Numbered from the stretch's first letter, positions 9,405-19,717 are shown. The stretch: 64,000 bases of DNA from Pseudomonadota bacterium (GCA_021295775.1 JAGWBS010000002.1:31986-95985), one strand, 5' to 3'. Made by a program: numbers and translations. Notes: generated by a model not told the origin, from the sequence alone.

Positions 9405-10448
9405 ATGAGGAGCGTCGTGTTTTCGGGAGTCCGCGCGGCGGAGACGGTCGATGTGGCCGACCCCGTCCTGCGCTCGCCGACCGACGTGATCCTGTCGGTC
9501 GAGCGGACGGCGATCTGCGGCAGCGATCTGCACCCCTACCGCGGCGAGTGGGGCGACCCCGGCGGGCAACGCCCCGGACACGAATTCATCGGCACCATCG
9601 TCGAGGCCGGTCGCGACGTCCGAAGCCGCCGCCGCGGCGAGCGCGTGCTGTGCTCGGGCGCGGTGGGCTGCGGCGAGTGCCCCGCCTGCGCCCAGGGCCT
9701 GTCGGCCGCCTGCGTCTCGGGCATGAAGGTCTTCGGCATCCCGATGATGACCGACTACCCTGGCGGCCAGGCGGAGTACGTCGCCGTCCCCTCGGCCGAT
9801 TTCAGTCTGCTCCCGATCCCCGAAGAGGTCGCCCCCGAAGCGGCGCTGCTGCTGACCGACAACCTGGCCACGGGCTGGCAGGCGGCCCAGCGGGCGGGCG
9901 TCCGCGAAGGCAACAGCGCGGTGGTGGTCGGATTCGGACCCGTCGGGATGTGCGCGGCGATGTCGGCCCGGGAGCTGGGCGCGTGGGACTTGTTCGTGAT
10001 CGACCCGCTGGGGAGCCGGCGGGAGTTCGCCGCCTCGCTCGGCTACCGGGCGTTCGACGCCACGCCGGAAGCCGAGGCCGAGATCGTGGAACTGACCGGC
10101 GGAGGCGCCGACTGCGTGCTCGAAACCGCCGGCCGCGACGCCTCGATGCGCAGCGCCGTCGCGGTCGCGCACCCCTCGGCCACGATTTCGTCGGTCTCGG
10201 TGCCCAGCGAGCCCTACTCCGCCGAGCCCTCGGAGCGGCGCCTGCCCACGCAGCGCTTCCGCAGCAGCGTGGCGTCCCCGCAGCGCGCCTGGCCGCAGCT
10301 GATCCCGCGCCTGGGATCGCCCGCCCTGGCGCGCCTGGCGGAGATCTTCAGCCACCGCCTGCCGCTGGCAAGGTCCGCCGAGGCCTACGCCCTGTTCTCC
10401 GAGCGCCCCGACGAGTGCCGCAAGATCCTGTTCGACCTGACTCTCTAG
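9405..10448 (+). CDS. Zinc-dependent alcohol dehydrogenase family protein
   Basis: ATG at 9405, in frame within the long track ORF 7230..10448 (whose upstream part is junk). Has CGSDLH, GHEFIGTIVEAG, the structural-zinc motif CGECPAC and VVGFGPVG Rossmann motif. Its end overlaps the convergent gene by 4 nt. Confidence 0.85.
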   Translation: MRSVVFSGVRAAETVDVADPVLRSPTDVILSVERTAICGSDLHPYRGEWGDPGGQRPGHEFIGTIVEAGRDVRSRRRGERVLCSGAVGCGECPACAQGLSAACVSGMKVFGIPMMTDYPGGQAEYVAVPSADFSLLPIPEEVAPEAALLLTDNLATGWQAAQRAGVREGNSAVVVGFGPVGMCAAMSARELGAWDLFVIDPLGSRREFAASLGYRAFDATPEAEAEIVELTGGGADCVLETAGRDASMRSAVAVAHPSATISSVSVPSEPYSAEPSERRLPTQRFRSSVASPQRAWPQLIPRLGSPALARLAEIFSHRLPLARSAEAYALFSERPDECRKILFDLTL

Positions 10449-11335
10449 GCGGCCGCCCGCAGGCCCAATAGCTCGGCGGCTTCGGAACGCGTCGCGACCG
10501 GACGGCCGACCTCTTCGCAAAGCGCGACGGCTTCCCGGACCAGCTCCAGGTTGGTCGGGCTGCGGCGGCCGGCGTGGTCCTCCAGGCCGACGCGCAGGTG
10601 GCCGCCGGCCTCCAGCGCCCGTCTGGCGATGCCGGACTCGACCACGTCGCCGCCGATCACCGCCACCGCCCAGGGCAGCCGGCTGTCCTCCATCAGCGCC
10701 AGGTAGGCGTCGAGGCTGGTCGGCGTCGGGGGCAGCCCGAAGCTGCTGCGATCGCCGAAGTAGAACTTGATGAACGCCCCGGAAGGAAGGCGGCCGGCCT
10801 TTTCGTAGGCCAGCGCCAGGCGCGCGAAGCCCGGCTCGAAGATCGCCATGCTCGGCCCCAGCCCGAGACGTTCGCACTGCTCGAACTTCCAGCGCACGTC
10901 GGCAAAGCTGTTTTCGTACACGAAGCCCGCCGGCAGGCCGTCTTTTCCCCGTCCGCCCAGATTGACCGAGCCGGGATCGACGTAGGCCATGCGCAGCAGG
11001 CCCTTCTCGGCCAGGACGAAGTGGTGGCGCCACTTGTATTCGATGTCGCCGTCCCAGTTGGCGGTCGGGTAGAGCACGGCGTCGGGGTACTGCTCCAGCA
11101 CGGGCCCGTAGACCGCGGCGCTCTTGGCCGCCATCCCTTCCGGGGAGGCTCCGCCGAGCATGCCCCCCCGGCCCAGGTCGTCGTGCTGGTGGACGATCTG
11201 CGCGCCGGCCTCGATGCAGGCCAGCGCGTCGCTCACCAGCTCGTCGACCGAGATCGGAACGTGCGGGTTGCGGCTCTTCTGGGTGCCCCCGTTGATCGCC
11301 GCCTCCAGCACGACGGGCGTATCGGCGCGGGCCAT
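10445..11335 (-). CDS. BKACE family enzyme (3-keto-5-aminohexanoate cleavage enzyme-like, DUF849)
   Basis: Start trimmed to ATG at 11335 (MARADTPVVLEAAINGG...). The VLEAAINGG...NPHVPISVDELVSDALACIEAGAQIVHQH N-terminus is typical of BKACE TIM-barrel enzymes. Confidence 0.75.
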   Translation of the reverse strand: MARADTPVVLEAAINGGTQKSRNPHVPISVDELVSDALACIEAGAQIVHQHDDLGRGGMLGGASPEGMAAKSAAVYGPVLEQYPDAVLYPTANWDGDIEYKWRHHFVLAEKGLLRMAYVDPGSVNLGGRGKDGLPAGFVYENSFADVRWKFEQCERLGLGPSMAIFEPGFARLALAYEKAGRLPSGAFIKFYFGDRSSFGLPPTPTSLDAYLALMEDSRLPWAVAVIGGDVVESGIARRALEAGGHLRVGLEDHAGRRSPTNLELVREAVALCEEVGRPVATRSEAAELLGLRAAA

Positions 11336-11336
11336 C

Positions 11337-12995
11337 TCAGGCGATCTCGGGCACGACGCCCGGCCGCGCCTCCTGCCCCTCGTGCACGGGCTCGCCGTCC
11401 CTGCGGATCGGCACGCCATTGACCAGCACGTGCGTCACGCCCGCGGGGCGGTCGGCGGTCAGCCGGTCGGCGTCGCCCGGGAAGTCCCGCACCCGGCGCA
11501 CCGGCCCGGGGTGGACCGTCTCCGGGTCGATCACCGCGACGTCCGCGAAGCCGCCCTCGCGCAGGTAGCCGCGGCCGACGAAGCCGAACAGGTCGGCGGG
11601 TTCGCCGGTGAGCTTGCGGATCGCGGTCTCCAGCGGCAGCGTGCCGCGCTCGCGCACCCAGTTGCCCAGCAGGTCGGTCGGCATCGGGGCGTCGCAGAGC
11701 TGACCGACGTGCGCGCCCGCGTCCGACAGGCCCAGCACCACGTGCTCGCGGGTCAGCAGATAGTCGACGCCCTCGGTGTCGTCGTTGGCGATGTACACGC
11801 GGAAGCGCGTCTTCAGGTCTTCTTCCAGCGCCAGCTCGCACATCACGTCCAGCGGCTCGCAGCCGCGCTCCTGCGCGATCTCGGAGACTTTGCGTCCTTC
11901 GAGCTCGGGGAAGCGCTCCGACTCGTCGACCCGGTAGGTCTCCCAGCGCGGCTTCATCACCTGCCGTTCCAGGTCCTCGGCCGCCCGCGCGCGCCACTGC
12001 GGGTCGCGGTAGGCCGCCTCGCGCGCCGGGCGCGACTCTTTCATCAGGTCGCCGAAGTAGCGCCCGAGGTTGAGCACGAAGGGGTCGGCCATGGTGATCT
12101 GCATCGTCACCGGGCGCGGCGTCACCTGCGGCCAGACCTGCGAGCCCCGCGCCCAGCCCTGGTCGTTGATCTCGACCTGCTTGCGGTAGCGGTCGCCCGG
12201 GAAGGTCAGCAGGGCGCCGTAGGTGAACGGCACGCCCACCCGGGGCTGGAGTTCGTACAGGTCCTTGATTCCGTAGGCCTCGCCCGGCGCGAAGTGGCAG
12301 ACGCCCCGGCCCGTGCCGCCGACCGCCAGGCACAGCGCCTCGATCTCGTCGCGCTCGGCGAAGCGGCTGGGGATGGGCTTGCCGTCCACGCCGCGGTGGG
12401 TGGGCGCCAGGCTGGTGGCGAAGCCGGGCGCGCCCGCCTCGATGCCCTCGTGCACCACCCGGCACATGCGCTCGACCTCCTCGGGCTTGGCGGCACGCTC
12501 GTAGGCCTCGTCGCCCATCACGAACAGCCGCAGCGCGGTGTGGCCCACGTAGGCGGTGAAGTTCAGCACCGTCCCGCGCCGCCGGATCGAGTCGAGGTAC
12601 TCCGGGAAGGTCTCGAAGTCCCAGGGAATGCCCGCCGCCAGGCTGGCGACGTTCATGTCCTCCACGTTCTCCAGCGTGCGCGCGATGGTCTCGTGGTGCT
12701 CGGGCCGCGTGGGGGCGATCGAGAAGCCGCAGTTGCCCGCCACCACGCTGGTCACGCCGTGAAACGACGAGGGCGTGAGCGAGGGGTCCCAGAAGACCTG
12801 CGCGTCGTAGTGGGTGTGGATGTCGATGAAGCCGGGCGCGACCACCTGCCCGCCTGCGTCGAGCTCCTGCTCCCCCTTCAGCCCCGGGCCGATCCCGCTG
12901 ATGCGGTCCCCGGTGATGGCGACGTCGGCGCGCCGTCCGGGCGCCCCGCTGCCGTCGACGACGGTCCCCCCTCGAATCACGATATCGGCGGACAT
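11337..12995 (-). CDS. D-aminoacylase / N-acyl-D-amino-acid deacylase family amidohydrolase
   Basis: Start trimmed to ATG at 12995 (MSADIVIRGGTVVDGSG...). Has the GFIDIHTHYD metal-binding HxH motif. About 552 aa. Its stop lies 1 nt upstream of the BKACE start, so the two are probably co-transcribed. Confidence 0.85.
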   Translation of the reverse strand: MSADIVIRGGTVVDGSGAPGRRADVAITGDRISGIGPGLKGEQELDAGGQVVAPGFIDIHTHYDAQVFWDPSLTPSSFHGVTSVVAGNCGFSIAPTRPEHHETIARTLENVEDMNVASLAAGIPWDFETFPEYLDSIRRRGTVLNFTAYVGHTALRLFVMGDEAYERAAKPEEVERMCRVVHEGIEAGAPGFATSLAPTHRGVDGKPIPSRFAERDEIEALCLAVGGTGRGVCHFAPGEAYGIKDLYELQPRVGVPFTYGALLTFPGDRYRKQVEINDQGWARGSQVWPQVTPRPVTMQITMADPFVLNLGRYFGDLMKESRPAREAAYRDPQWRARAAEDLERQVMKPRWETYRVDESERFPELEGRKVSEIAQERGCEPLDVMCELALEEDLKTRFRVYIANDDTEGVDYLLTREHVVLGLSDAGAHVGQLCDAPMPTDLLGNWVRERGTLPLETAIRKLTGEPADLFGFVGRGYLREGGFADVAVIDPETVHPGPVRRVRDFPGDADRLTADRPAGVTHVLVNGVPIRRDGEPVHEGQEARPGVVPEIA

Positions 12996-13092
12996 GCAGG
13001 CTCCTCCCACAGGCGGTGTGGATTGCGGACCCCATTCTCCCGTTCCGCGCGCCCGCGGGCAAGCTCCGCGGGCGCGTGAGAAAATCCCCCGC

Positions 13093-13866
13093 ATGACACA
13101 GCACGGAGTCGAGGGGAGGATCGTGATCGTCACCGGTGCCGGGCGCGGAATCGGTCGCGGGATCGCGCACCACATCGGGAAGAACGGCGCCCGTCTCTGC
13201 ATCTCGGACAAGCGCCCCGACCGGCTGGAGCGGGTGATGGCCGAGCTGGACGCGCGCGGCGTCGAGTTCATCGGCATGCCCTGCGACACCGCCAGCCGCG
13301 AATCGATCGACGCCATGGTGAGGGCGACCGCCGAGCGCTTCGGGCGGGTCGACGGGATCGTCAACAACGCCCAGGGCGTGCGCCCGACTTCGAACCTGGA
13401 GGAAGTGACCGAGGAGGTGATGGAGGTGCTGATGAACACCGGGCCCAAGGCCACGCTGCGCTGCATGCAGGCGGTCTTCCCGTACATGCGCGAGCAGGGC
13501 TGGGGCCGGATCGTCAACGTCGCCTCCTCGCTGGGCCTGGTGGGCGGCGCGGGCTACGGCCCCTACAACGCCGCCAAGGAGGCGATCCGGGCGCTGACCC
13601 GCACCGCGGCCAACGAGTGGGGGCGCCACGGAATCGTCGTCAACTGCTACTGCCCCGCCTCCACCGCCCACCGCAAGCCGCCGGGCGACGAGCCCTCCCA
13701 CCAGAAGGCGATCTACGACAGGATGTCCGAGGGGAAACCGATTGCCCGGGACGGCGACGCCGAGCACGACATCGCCCCGGTGGTGCAGTTCCTGCTCTCC
13801 GACGCCTGCCGCTACGTCACCGGCGAGACCATCAAGATCGACGGCGGCAGCTACATGAGCCCGTAG
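13093..13866 (+). CDS. SDR family oxidoreductase
   Basis: ATG at 13093 within track ORF 12814..13866. Has IVIVTGAGRGIGRGIA and an intact YNAAK dyad. Confidence 0.85.
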   Translation: MTQHGVEGRIVIVTGAGRGIGRGIAHHIGKNGARLCISDKRPDRLERVMAELDARGVEFIGMPCDTASRESIDAMVRATAERFGRVDGIVNNAQGVRPTSNLEEVTEEVMEVLMNTGPKATLRCMQAVFPYMREQGWGRIVNVASSLGLVGGAGYGPYNAAKEAIRALTRTAANEWGRHGIVVNCYCPASTAHRKPPGDEPSHQKAIYDRMSEGKPIARDGDAEHDIAPVVQFLLSDACRYVTGETIKIDGGSYMSP

Positions 13867-13870
13867 GCGG

Positions 13871-15574
13871 TCAGCGGATTTCGACCCAGTGGGTCGGCAG
13901 GTAGGCGAGTTCGCCTTCCAGCGGGAACCACAGCCAGTCCGGCAGCTGCGGCGGGGCGAGCGGCAGAAGCAGCTGGCGCAGGGTCGAGCCGGCGTCCGCG
14001 CTCATCAGTTCGGACAACTGCTCGAAGAAGCCGCGCGGCCCCGGATAGACGACCCGTTCCGGATCCACGTCCGCGGCGATGTCGGCCTTCTGCTTGGCCA
14101 GTTCGACGGCTTCGTGCAGCCCGCCGATCCGGTCGACCAGTCCGAGGTCGTGCGCAGCGCCGCCCAGCCAGACGCGGCCCTGGCCCACGCGGTCGACTTC
14201 CTCGGGATCGGCCCCCCGGCCCTCGTGGATCCGGTCGAGGAAGCCGCGGTAGGCCGCCTGCACGTAGTCGGCGGTGCGTTCGCGCTGCTCGGGGGTGAGC
14301 GGCTGGTCGCCGCCCATGACCGAGGCGTAGCGCCCGCGGGAGATGACCTCGCTGCCGATGTCGAGCTTCTCGTACACGCCCGCCAGCGACGCGCGCAGCA
14401 CGAAGACGCCGATCGAGCCGGTGAGCGTGGCCGAGCCGGAGACGATGGCGTCCGCCCCGCTGGCCACGTAGTAGCCGCCCGAGGCCGCGGCGTCGCCCAT
14501 CGACACCACCACGGGCTTGTCCTCGCGCGCGCGCATCAGCGTGCGCCAGAGCTGGTCCGAGGCCAGCGCGGAGCCGCCGCCCGAGTTGACCCGCAGCACG
14601 ATGGCCCTCACCTCGGGATCCTCGACGGCTTCCTCGATCGCCTCCGACACCCGGTCGGTCGCGAATCCCGGCGGCGAGAAGGGGCCCGAGCCGGACTGGA
14701 CGATCGCCCCGTCGCCGAAGACCATGGCGATCTTGGGACCGAAGCGCAGCCCCAGCGAGGTGGGCGAGACACGCCGGTAGTCGGCGGCGTCGACGCGCTT
14801 CTCGGCGTCGAGCCCGGCGCGCTCGAAGATCTCCGACGCCCCCGCGATGCCGTCGGCCAGGCCGGCGTCGACCAGTTCGCGGGCGGTCCCCGGCGCGCGG
14901 TCGATCCGCTCCGCGACCTCGGCCCGGCTCAGGCCGCGGCCCTCGGCGATGTCGTCCACCAGACGGGCGTAGAGGCCGTCGAAGATGGCCTCGGTCATTT
15001 CGCGCGCGGGGGCGCTCATCTCGCGCGAGGCGTAGCCTTCGACGGCCGACTTGTACTGCCCGACGCGCTCGTACTCGAAGGCCACGCCGAGGCGCTCGAA
15101 CAGGCCTCCCAGGTGCAGGTACTGGCCGGCGATGCCCGCGACCGGCCCCAGGTGCCCGGGGTCGACGTAGATCCGGTCCGCGGCGCTGGCCAGGTAGTAC
15201 TCGCGGGTGGCGTTGAGCGTCGCGAGGTCGAGCACCGCGATCACGCGCTTGCCCGCATCGCGCACCCGCCGCAGGGCCGCGCGCAGCTCCTGCAGGCGCG
15301 CGTAGCCGCAGTCGAGGGGACGCACGCGCACGACCAACTGCTCGATCCGCTCGTCCGCCGCCGCCATGTCCAGCAGCAGCAGAAGCGAGGGCAGCGCGGG
15401 GCCGCGCGCAACGAACTGCGCCAGCGGGTCGAGCGCGGGCGTCTCCTCGATCCGGCCCTCGAGTTCGAGCACCAGGATCCCTCCGTCGGGGACCTCCGGG
15501 GCCGGCGAATACAGCGGTAAAAGGAACATCGCCGCGACCAGCGCGATCAGGACTGCTCCGACAAGGCGCTTCAT
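13871..15574 (-). CDS. sppA: Signal peptide peptidase SppA (67K type, tandem S49 domains)
   Basis: Start trimmed to ATG at 15574 (MKRLVGAVLIALVAAMFLLPL, an N-terminal anchor). Two ClpP/S49-like halves are present, with GDAAASGGYYVASGAD containing the Ser nucleophile. Confidence 0.85.
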   Translation of the reverse strand: MKRLVGAVLIALVAAMFLLPLYSPAPEVPDGGILVLELEGRIEETPALDPLAQFVARGPALPSLLLLLDMAAADERIEQLVVRVRPLDCGYARLQELRAALRRVRDAGKRVIAVLDLATLNATREYYLASAADRIYVDPGHLGPVAGIAGQYLHLGGLFERLGVAFEYERVGQYKSAVEGYASREMSAPAREMTEAIFDGLYARLVDDIAEGRGLSRAEVAERIDRAPGTARELVDAGLADGIAGASEIFERAGLDAEKRVDAADYRRVSPTSLGLRFGPKIAMVFGDGAIVQSGSGPFSPPGFATDRVSEAIEEAVEDPEVRAIVLRVNSGGGSALASDQLWRTLMRAREDKPVVVSMGDAAASGGYYVASGADAIVSGSATLTGSIGVFVLRASLAGVYEKLDIGSEVISRGRYASVMGGDQPLTPEQRERTADYVQAAYRGFLDRIHEGRGADPEEVDRVGQGRVWLGGAAHDLGLVDRIGGLHEAVELAKQKADIAADVDPERVVYPGPRGFFEQLSELMSADAGSTLRQLLLPLAPPQLPDWLWFPLEGELAYLPTHWVEIR

Positions 15575-15713
15575 CCGCCCTCCATGGCGAGGGGTCAGTC
15601 TCCACGCGGGTGGAGTCGGGCGCAAGCGGTTGGACGGTGGCGGTCCCTCCGGCCCGCTTCGGGCTCTTCCTGGAGCCGGGGCCGTCCGTATACTCGTCTC
15701 GGCTGGAGGAGAG

Positions 15714-17087
15714 GTGGCGCGCAGCAAGCCGGACGCCCGGGACCGCCTGACCGCAGCGCTCGCGCGGTTGACGGTGGGGGTCTTCTACCGCAGCGTCGAC
15801 GTGGTCGACGCGCGGCGGGTTCCGGAGCGGGGGCCGCTTCTGCTGGTCGCCAACCACCCCAACAGCCTGGTCGACCCGCTGGTGCTGATGGCGAGCCTGG
15901 GCCGGGTGCCGCGCTTTCTGGGCAAGAGCACTCTCTGGGACATCCCCCCGCTGCGGCCCCTGCTGCGGCTGGCCAGGGTCATCCCGGTGTACCGGCGCCA
16001 GGACGCCGGAGCGGATGTCTCGCTCAACGAGCGGACTTTCGCGCGCTGCCGCGAAGAGCTGGCGGGCGGTTCCGCGGTCGCGCTCTTTCCGGAGGGAATC
16101 AGCTATCACGAACCGCGGATGCAGCCGCTGCGCAGCGGCGCGGCGCGCATCGCCGTGGGCGCCGAGGCGGCCTTTGGCCCGCTGGGCCTGTCGATCGTCC
16201 CGATCGGCCTGACCTTCGAGGACAAGGGCCGCTTCCGCTCGCGCGCGCTGGTCCAGGTGGGCGAAGCGATCGCCGCCGCCGACTACGCCGGCCCGCGGGG
16301 GGTCGAAGACCGCGCGGCCGTCGATCGTCTCACCCTGGCGCTGGAGAGCGGCCTGCGCGCCGTGACGCTCAACGCGGACTCCTGGCGGCAGGCGGAGCTG
16401 GTGCAGCACGCCTCGGACGTATTCGCTCAAGCGGGAGGCGAACTCCCGCTGCGCGCCTCGCTGGCCGAGCGCGTCCCTCTGCGCCGACGCTTCATCGACG
16501 CCTACCGCGAGCTGTCGCAGCGTTCTCCCGAGCGGCTCGACGCGCTGCTGGCACGTCTGCGCGAGTACGCGGCGCTACTGGAGGCGAGCGGCCTGGAGGA
16601 CCGGCACGTCCGGGCCCGCTACCGGGGCGTGCCGGGCTGGACCGGGACGCGCCTCGCCGAGCTGCTGTGCATGGCTCCCGCCGCCCTGCTGGGCGCGCTG
16701 ATCAACGCGCTGCCCTACCTGGTCACCCGCTGGATCGGATCCCGCTACCGGCGTCACCCGGAGCTGCCCGCCAGCTTCAAGCTGCTTTCGGGCGCAGTGC
16801 TCTTCCCGCTCGCGTGGCTGGCTGCGGCCCTGGTCTGCGGCCGGCTCTGGGGTCCCGTCGCCGGCTGGGCCGCGGCCGCGGCCGGCCCGCTCTGCGGCTA
16901 CGTCGGCGTGCTGTTCCGGGAGCGCCAGCGTTCGCTGCGGCGCGAAGCCCGGGCCCTGCTGGTGCTGCGGCGGGATCCGGCCCGCGGCGAGCGCCTGAGA
17001 CGCCTGCGCGGATCGCTGCGGCGCGAGTTCGCGCGCCTGGCCCGCGAACACTGGCCCGACGAGAGGCCCGAGGCCGGCCTGAACTGA
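15714..17087 (+). CDS. Lysophospholipid/glycerol-phosphate acyltransferase family protein (PlsC-like) with C-terminal membrane extension
   Basis: GTG at 15714 preceded by GGAGGA. Acyltransferase motifs VANHPNSLVDP and FPEGISY are present. The C-terminal region is hydrophobic. Confidence 0.75.
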   Translation: MARSKPDARDRLTAALARLTVGVFYRSVDVVDARRVPERGPLLLVANHPNSLVDPLVLMASLGRVPRFLGKSTLWDIPPLRPLLRLARVIPVYRRQDAGADVSLNERTFARCREELAGGSAVALFPEGISYHEPRMQPLRSGAARIAVGAEAAFGPLGLSIVPIGLTFEDKGRFRSRALVQVGEAIAAADYAGPRGVEDRAAVDRLTLALESGLRAVTLNADSWRQAELVQHASDVFAQAGGELPLRASLAERVPLRRRFIDAYRELSQRSPERLDALLARLREYAALLEASGLEDRHVRARYRGVPGWTGTRLAELLCMAPAALLGALINALPYLVTRWIGSRYRRHPELPASFKLLSGAVLFPLAWLAAALVCGRLWGPVAGWAAAAAGPLCGYVGVLFRERQRSLRREARALLVLRRDPARGERLRRLRGSLRREFARLAREHWPDERPEAGLN

Positions 17088-17148
17088 ACGGGTCGGCGGA
17101 GGGGTCCCCGGCCGTGGCGGGCCGGGGGCGGCCGGAGCCCCGCCGGGA

Positions 17149-17898
17149 TCAGGCCAGTCGTTCGATCAGCGCGGAGGCCAGCAGCCGCAGCGCGATCAGG
17201 GTCAGGACGGTCCGGTACAGGCGCGTGAACAGGACCTCGTCGACGCGCTCGAGCAGCCGGCTGCCGAGCGCGGTGCCGGCGATGACCATCGCCGACATCA
17301 GCGCCAGCAGCCCGGCGTGTTCCAGGTAGGCGAAGCCGACCCAGCCGAAGGCGGCGATCTTGGCCATGTGTCCCAGCGTCTGGCAGGCGGCCTTGGTGCC
17401 CACGACGCTCTGGCGCGACAGTCCCAGGTCCAGGAAGAACGGCGCGATCAACGGCCCCGTGGCCCCGATCAGGCTGCTCAGAAAGCCCGTGGCGCTGCCC
17501 AGCAGGGCGAAACGGCGGGCGACCCCGCCCGCGCCGGGCGGCCGGATCCGCAGCCAGCCCGGCCGCAGCGTGGCGACCAGCACGAACGCGCCGATCAGCG
17601 CCTTGCCCAGCACGGCCGGGATCGACAGCGCCACGTACACCCCCGCCAGGGCCAGGGGCAGCAGCGGCAGCGCGTACCAGCGGACGATCCCCCAGGCCAG
17701 GTGGCGCCGCTGGACGATCGAGCGCGTGCTGTTGGACACCAGCTGGACCACGCCGTGCAGGGGAATGGCGACGATCGGGTCGAAGAACAGCAGCATCACC
17801 GCCAGCAGAACGATCCCGCCGGCCATGCCGATCACGGCCGAAAGCACCGACGTCGCGAACGCCGCGCCGCACAGGAGTCCGATCGTCAGCGGATCCAC
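17149..17898 (-). CDS. TauE/SafE family sulfite/anion exporter
   Basis: Start trimmed to GTG at 17898 (VDPLTIGLLCGAAFATSVLSAVIGMAGGIVLL...). Polytopic membrane protein with the typical GxGGG-like N-terminal motif. The upstream part of the ORF is low-complexity and overlaps the TPR gene. Confidence 0.75.
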   Translation of the reverse strand: MDPLTIGLLCGAAFATSVLSAVIGMAGGIVLLAVMLLFFDPIVAIPLHGVVQLVSNSTRSIVQRRHLAWGIVRWYALPLLPLALAGVYVALSIPAVLGKALIGAFVLVATLRPGWLRIRPPGAGGVARRFALLGSATGFLSSLIGATGPLIAPFFLDLGLSRQSVVGTKAACQTLGHMAKIAAFGWVGFAYLEHAGLLALMSAMVIAGTALGSRLLERVDEVLFTRLYRTVLTLIALRLLASALIERLA

Positions 17899-17906
17899 GG
17901 GCGCCA

Positions 17907-18239
17907 ATGATAGACTCGGCCGGCGTGCCGGACCTGAAAGCGATTTACCAGGAAGCCTTCGCCGCCTTCGCCCGCGGCGAGTTGGAGACCGCGGTGGAGG
18001 GCTACCGCGCGGCGATCGAGGCGGATCCACGCTTCGCGCTGGCCTACCAGGGCCTGGCCGAGGCCTACAGCCGTCTGGACCGCCTTGACGAGGCGGTCGA
18101 AACCATCCACAAGGCGATCGAGATCGAGCCGGGCGAGTCGCTTTTCCACACCAGCCTGTCGCGCTTCCTGCAGCGCCAGGGCAGGATCCCCGAGGCGGAG
18201 GCCGCGGCGGCGCAGGCGAACCAGCTCCAGCAGAGCTGA
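17907..18239 (+). CDS. Small TPR-repeat protein
   Basis: 110 aa. Has TPR-like helices: AVEGYRAAIEADPRFALAYQGLAEAYSRLDRLDEAVETIHKAIEIEP. The start is uncertain (ATG at 17907 or GTG at 17925). Confidence 0.6.
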   Translation: MIDSAGVPDLKAIYQEAFAAFARGELETAVEGYRAAIEADPRFALAYQGLAEAYSRLDRLDEAVETIHKAIEIEPGESLFHTSLSRFLQRQGRIPEAEAAAAQANQLQQS

Positions 18240-18293
18240 TTCGACTTCGGATCGGGGGATCGGGCCTCCCCTGCGGCCGCTATACTCCGGCGC

Positions 18294-19304
18294 GTGCGCC
18301 CGATCGATCTGCGCAGCGACACGGTCACCCGACCCGGCGCGGCCATGCGCGAGGCGATGGCCAAGGCGGAGGTGGGCGACGACGTCTACGGAGAGGACCC
18401 GACCGTCAACCGCCTGCAGGAGATGGCGGCGGAGCGGCTGGGCAAGCAGGCCGCCCTGCTGGTCCCGTCGGGAACCATGGCCAACCAGGCCGCGCTGCGC
18501 GCCCAGACCCAACCCGGCGACGCGGCGATCGCCGGAGAGGGCGCACACGTCCAGCTCTACGAGTCGGCAGCCGCGGCCGCGATCTCGGGAGTCCAGTTCA
18601 CCACCGCGGGCCGGGGCGGCCTGTTCACGGCCTCGGACGTGGAGTCCTGCGTCTACCCGTCCGATTCGCACTACCCGCGCACCCGGATCGTCTGCCTGGA
18701 GAACACCCACAACCGCAGCGGCGGCCGGGTCTTTCCGTTCGATGAAGTGCGGGCGATCGTCGAAACCGCGAGCGCCCGCGGTCTGGCGCTGCACCTCGAC
18801 GGCGCGCGCCTGTTCAACGCGGAAGCGGCGACCGGCATCCCGGCCGCCCGCTGGGCCGAGGGTTTCGACAGCGTCTCGTTCTGCCTGTCCAAGGGGCTCG
18901 GGGCGCCGGTGGGCTCGCTGGTGGCGGGTTCGAGCGAGCTGATCGGGCGCGTCCACCGCGCGCGCAAGATGCTCGGCGGGGGCATGCGTCAGGCGGGCAT
19001 CCTGGCGGCGGCCGGGATCTACGCCCTCGATCACGGCGTCGCGCGCCTGGAGCAGGACCACCGCAACGCCCGCCGGCTCGCGGACGCGCTGCGCGGCGCC
19101 GACGGCATCGAACTCTTGGCGGAGCCCGAGACCAACATGGTCCTGTTGCGCGTGGCGGATGCGGAGGCCTTCGTCTCCCGGGCCGCCCGGGGCGGCGTGC
19201 GGGTCGGGGCGATGGGGCCGAAGGACGTCCGCGCCGTCACGCACCTGGACGTGACCTCGGACGACATCGACGCGGCCGCCGAGATCCTGCGGACGGCGGC
19301 ATGA
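18294..19304 (+). CDS. ltaE: Low-specificity L-threonine aldolase
   Basis: 336 aa with a GTG start. Has [23 protein letters not shown] and the PLP-lysine motif [12 protein letters not shown]. Confidence 0.85.
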   Translation: MRPIDLRSDTVTRPGAAMREAMAKAEVGDDVYGEDPTVNRLQEMAAERLGKQAALLVPSGTMANQAALRAQTQPGDAAIAGEGAHVQLYESAAAAAISGVQFTTAGRGGLFTASDVESCVYPSDSHYPRTRIVCLENTHNRSGGRVFPFDEVRAIVETASARGLALHLDGARLFNAEAATGIPAARWAEGFDSVSFCLSKGLGAPVGSLVAGSSELIGRVHRARKMLGGGMRQAGILAAAGIYALDHGVARLEQDHRNARRLADALRGADGIELLAEPETNMVLLRVADAEAFVSRAARGGVRVGAMGPKDVRAVTHLDVTSDDIDAAAEILRTAA

Positions 19305-19717
19305 GCGGGCTGCGCTTCGAGTGCACGCTCTGCGGCGCCTGCTGCACCGCGCGCGGCGAGTACGCGCACGTCTACCTCGACGAGCGGGAGGCCGAAGACC
19401 TGGCCGACTTCCTGGGTCTGGACAGCGACACGTTCGCGCGCCGCTACACCTTCCGGGACGAATACGGCTGGACCCAGCTCGCGATCCGCGAGGGGGTCTG
19501 CACATTCCTCGACCGCGAGACGAATACGTGCCGCGTCTACCCCGCCCGGCCCGGCCAGTGCCGCAGCTTCCCCTTCTGGCCTGAATACATCGAGCGCGGA
19601 CGCTGGACGCCCGAGGCGAAGCGGCTGTGCGAGGGCGTGGGGCGCGGGCGTCTCTACTCCGACGACGAGGTCGCCGTGCTGCTGAGCGAGCGCGAGGAGT
19701 CGGAGCGGGACGCGTAG
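19301..19717 (+). CDS. YkgJ-family (UPF0153) cysteine-cluster protein
   Basis: 138 aa. Has CTLCGACC (CxxCxxCC), a later C...C...C pattern and RSFPFWP. Its start overlaps the ltaE stop by 4 nt. Confidence 0.75.
   Translation: MSGLRFECTLCGACCTARGEYAHVYLDEREAEDLADFLGLDSDTFARRYTFRDEYGWTQLAIREGVCTFLDRETNTCRVYPARPGQCRSFPFWPEYIERGRWTPEAKRLCEGVGRGRLYSDDEVAVLLSEREESERDA

Noticed and set aside
13851-16430. 859-aa minus-strand ORF
   Set aside because: It is alternate-frame or antisense to sppA and the acyltransferase. The product is low-complexity Arg/Gly/Pro/Ala, as expected from open frames in very GC-rich DNA. No motifs.
17899-18030. Upstream extension of the TauE-family ORF (MDPPRSPRGSPPPRSP...)
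   Set aside because: The extension is a low-complexity Pro/Arg/Ser stretch overlapping the TPR gene. Membrane-protein homology starts at the GTG at 17898.
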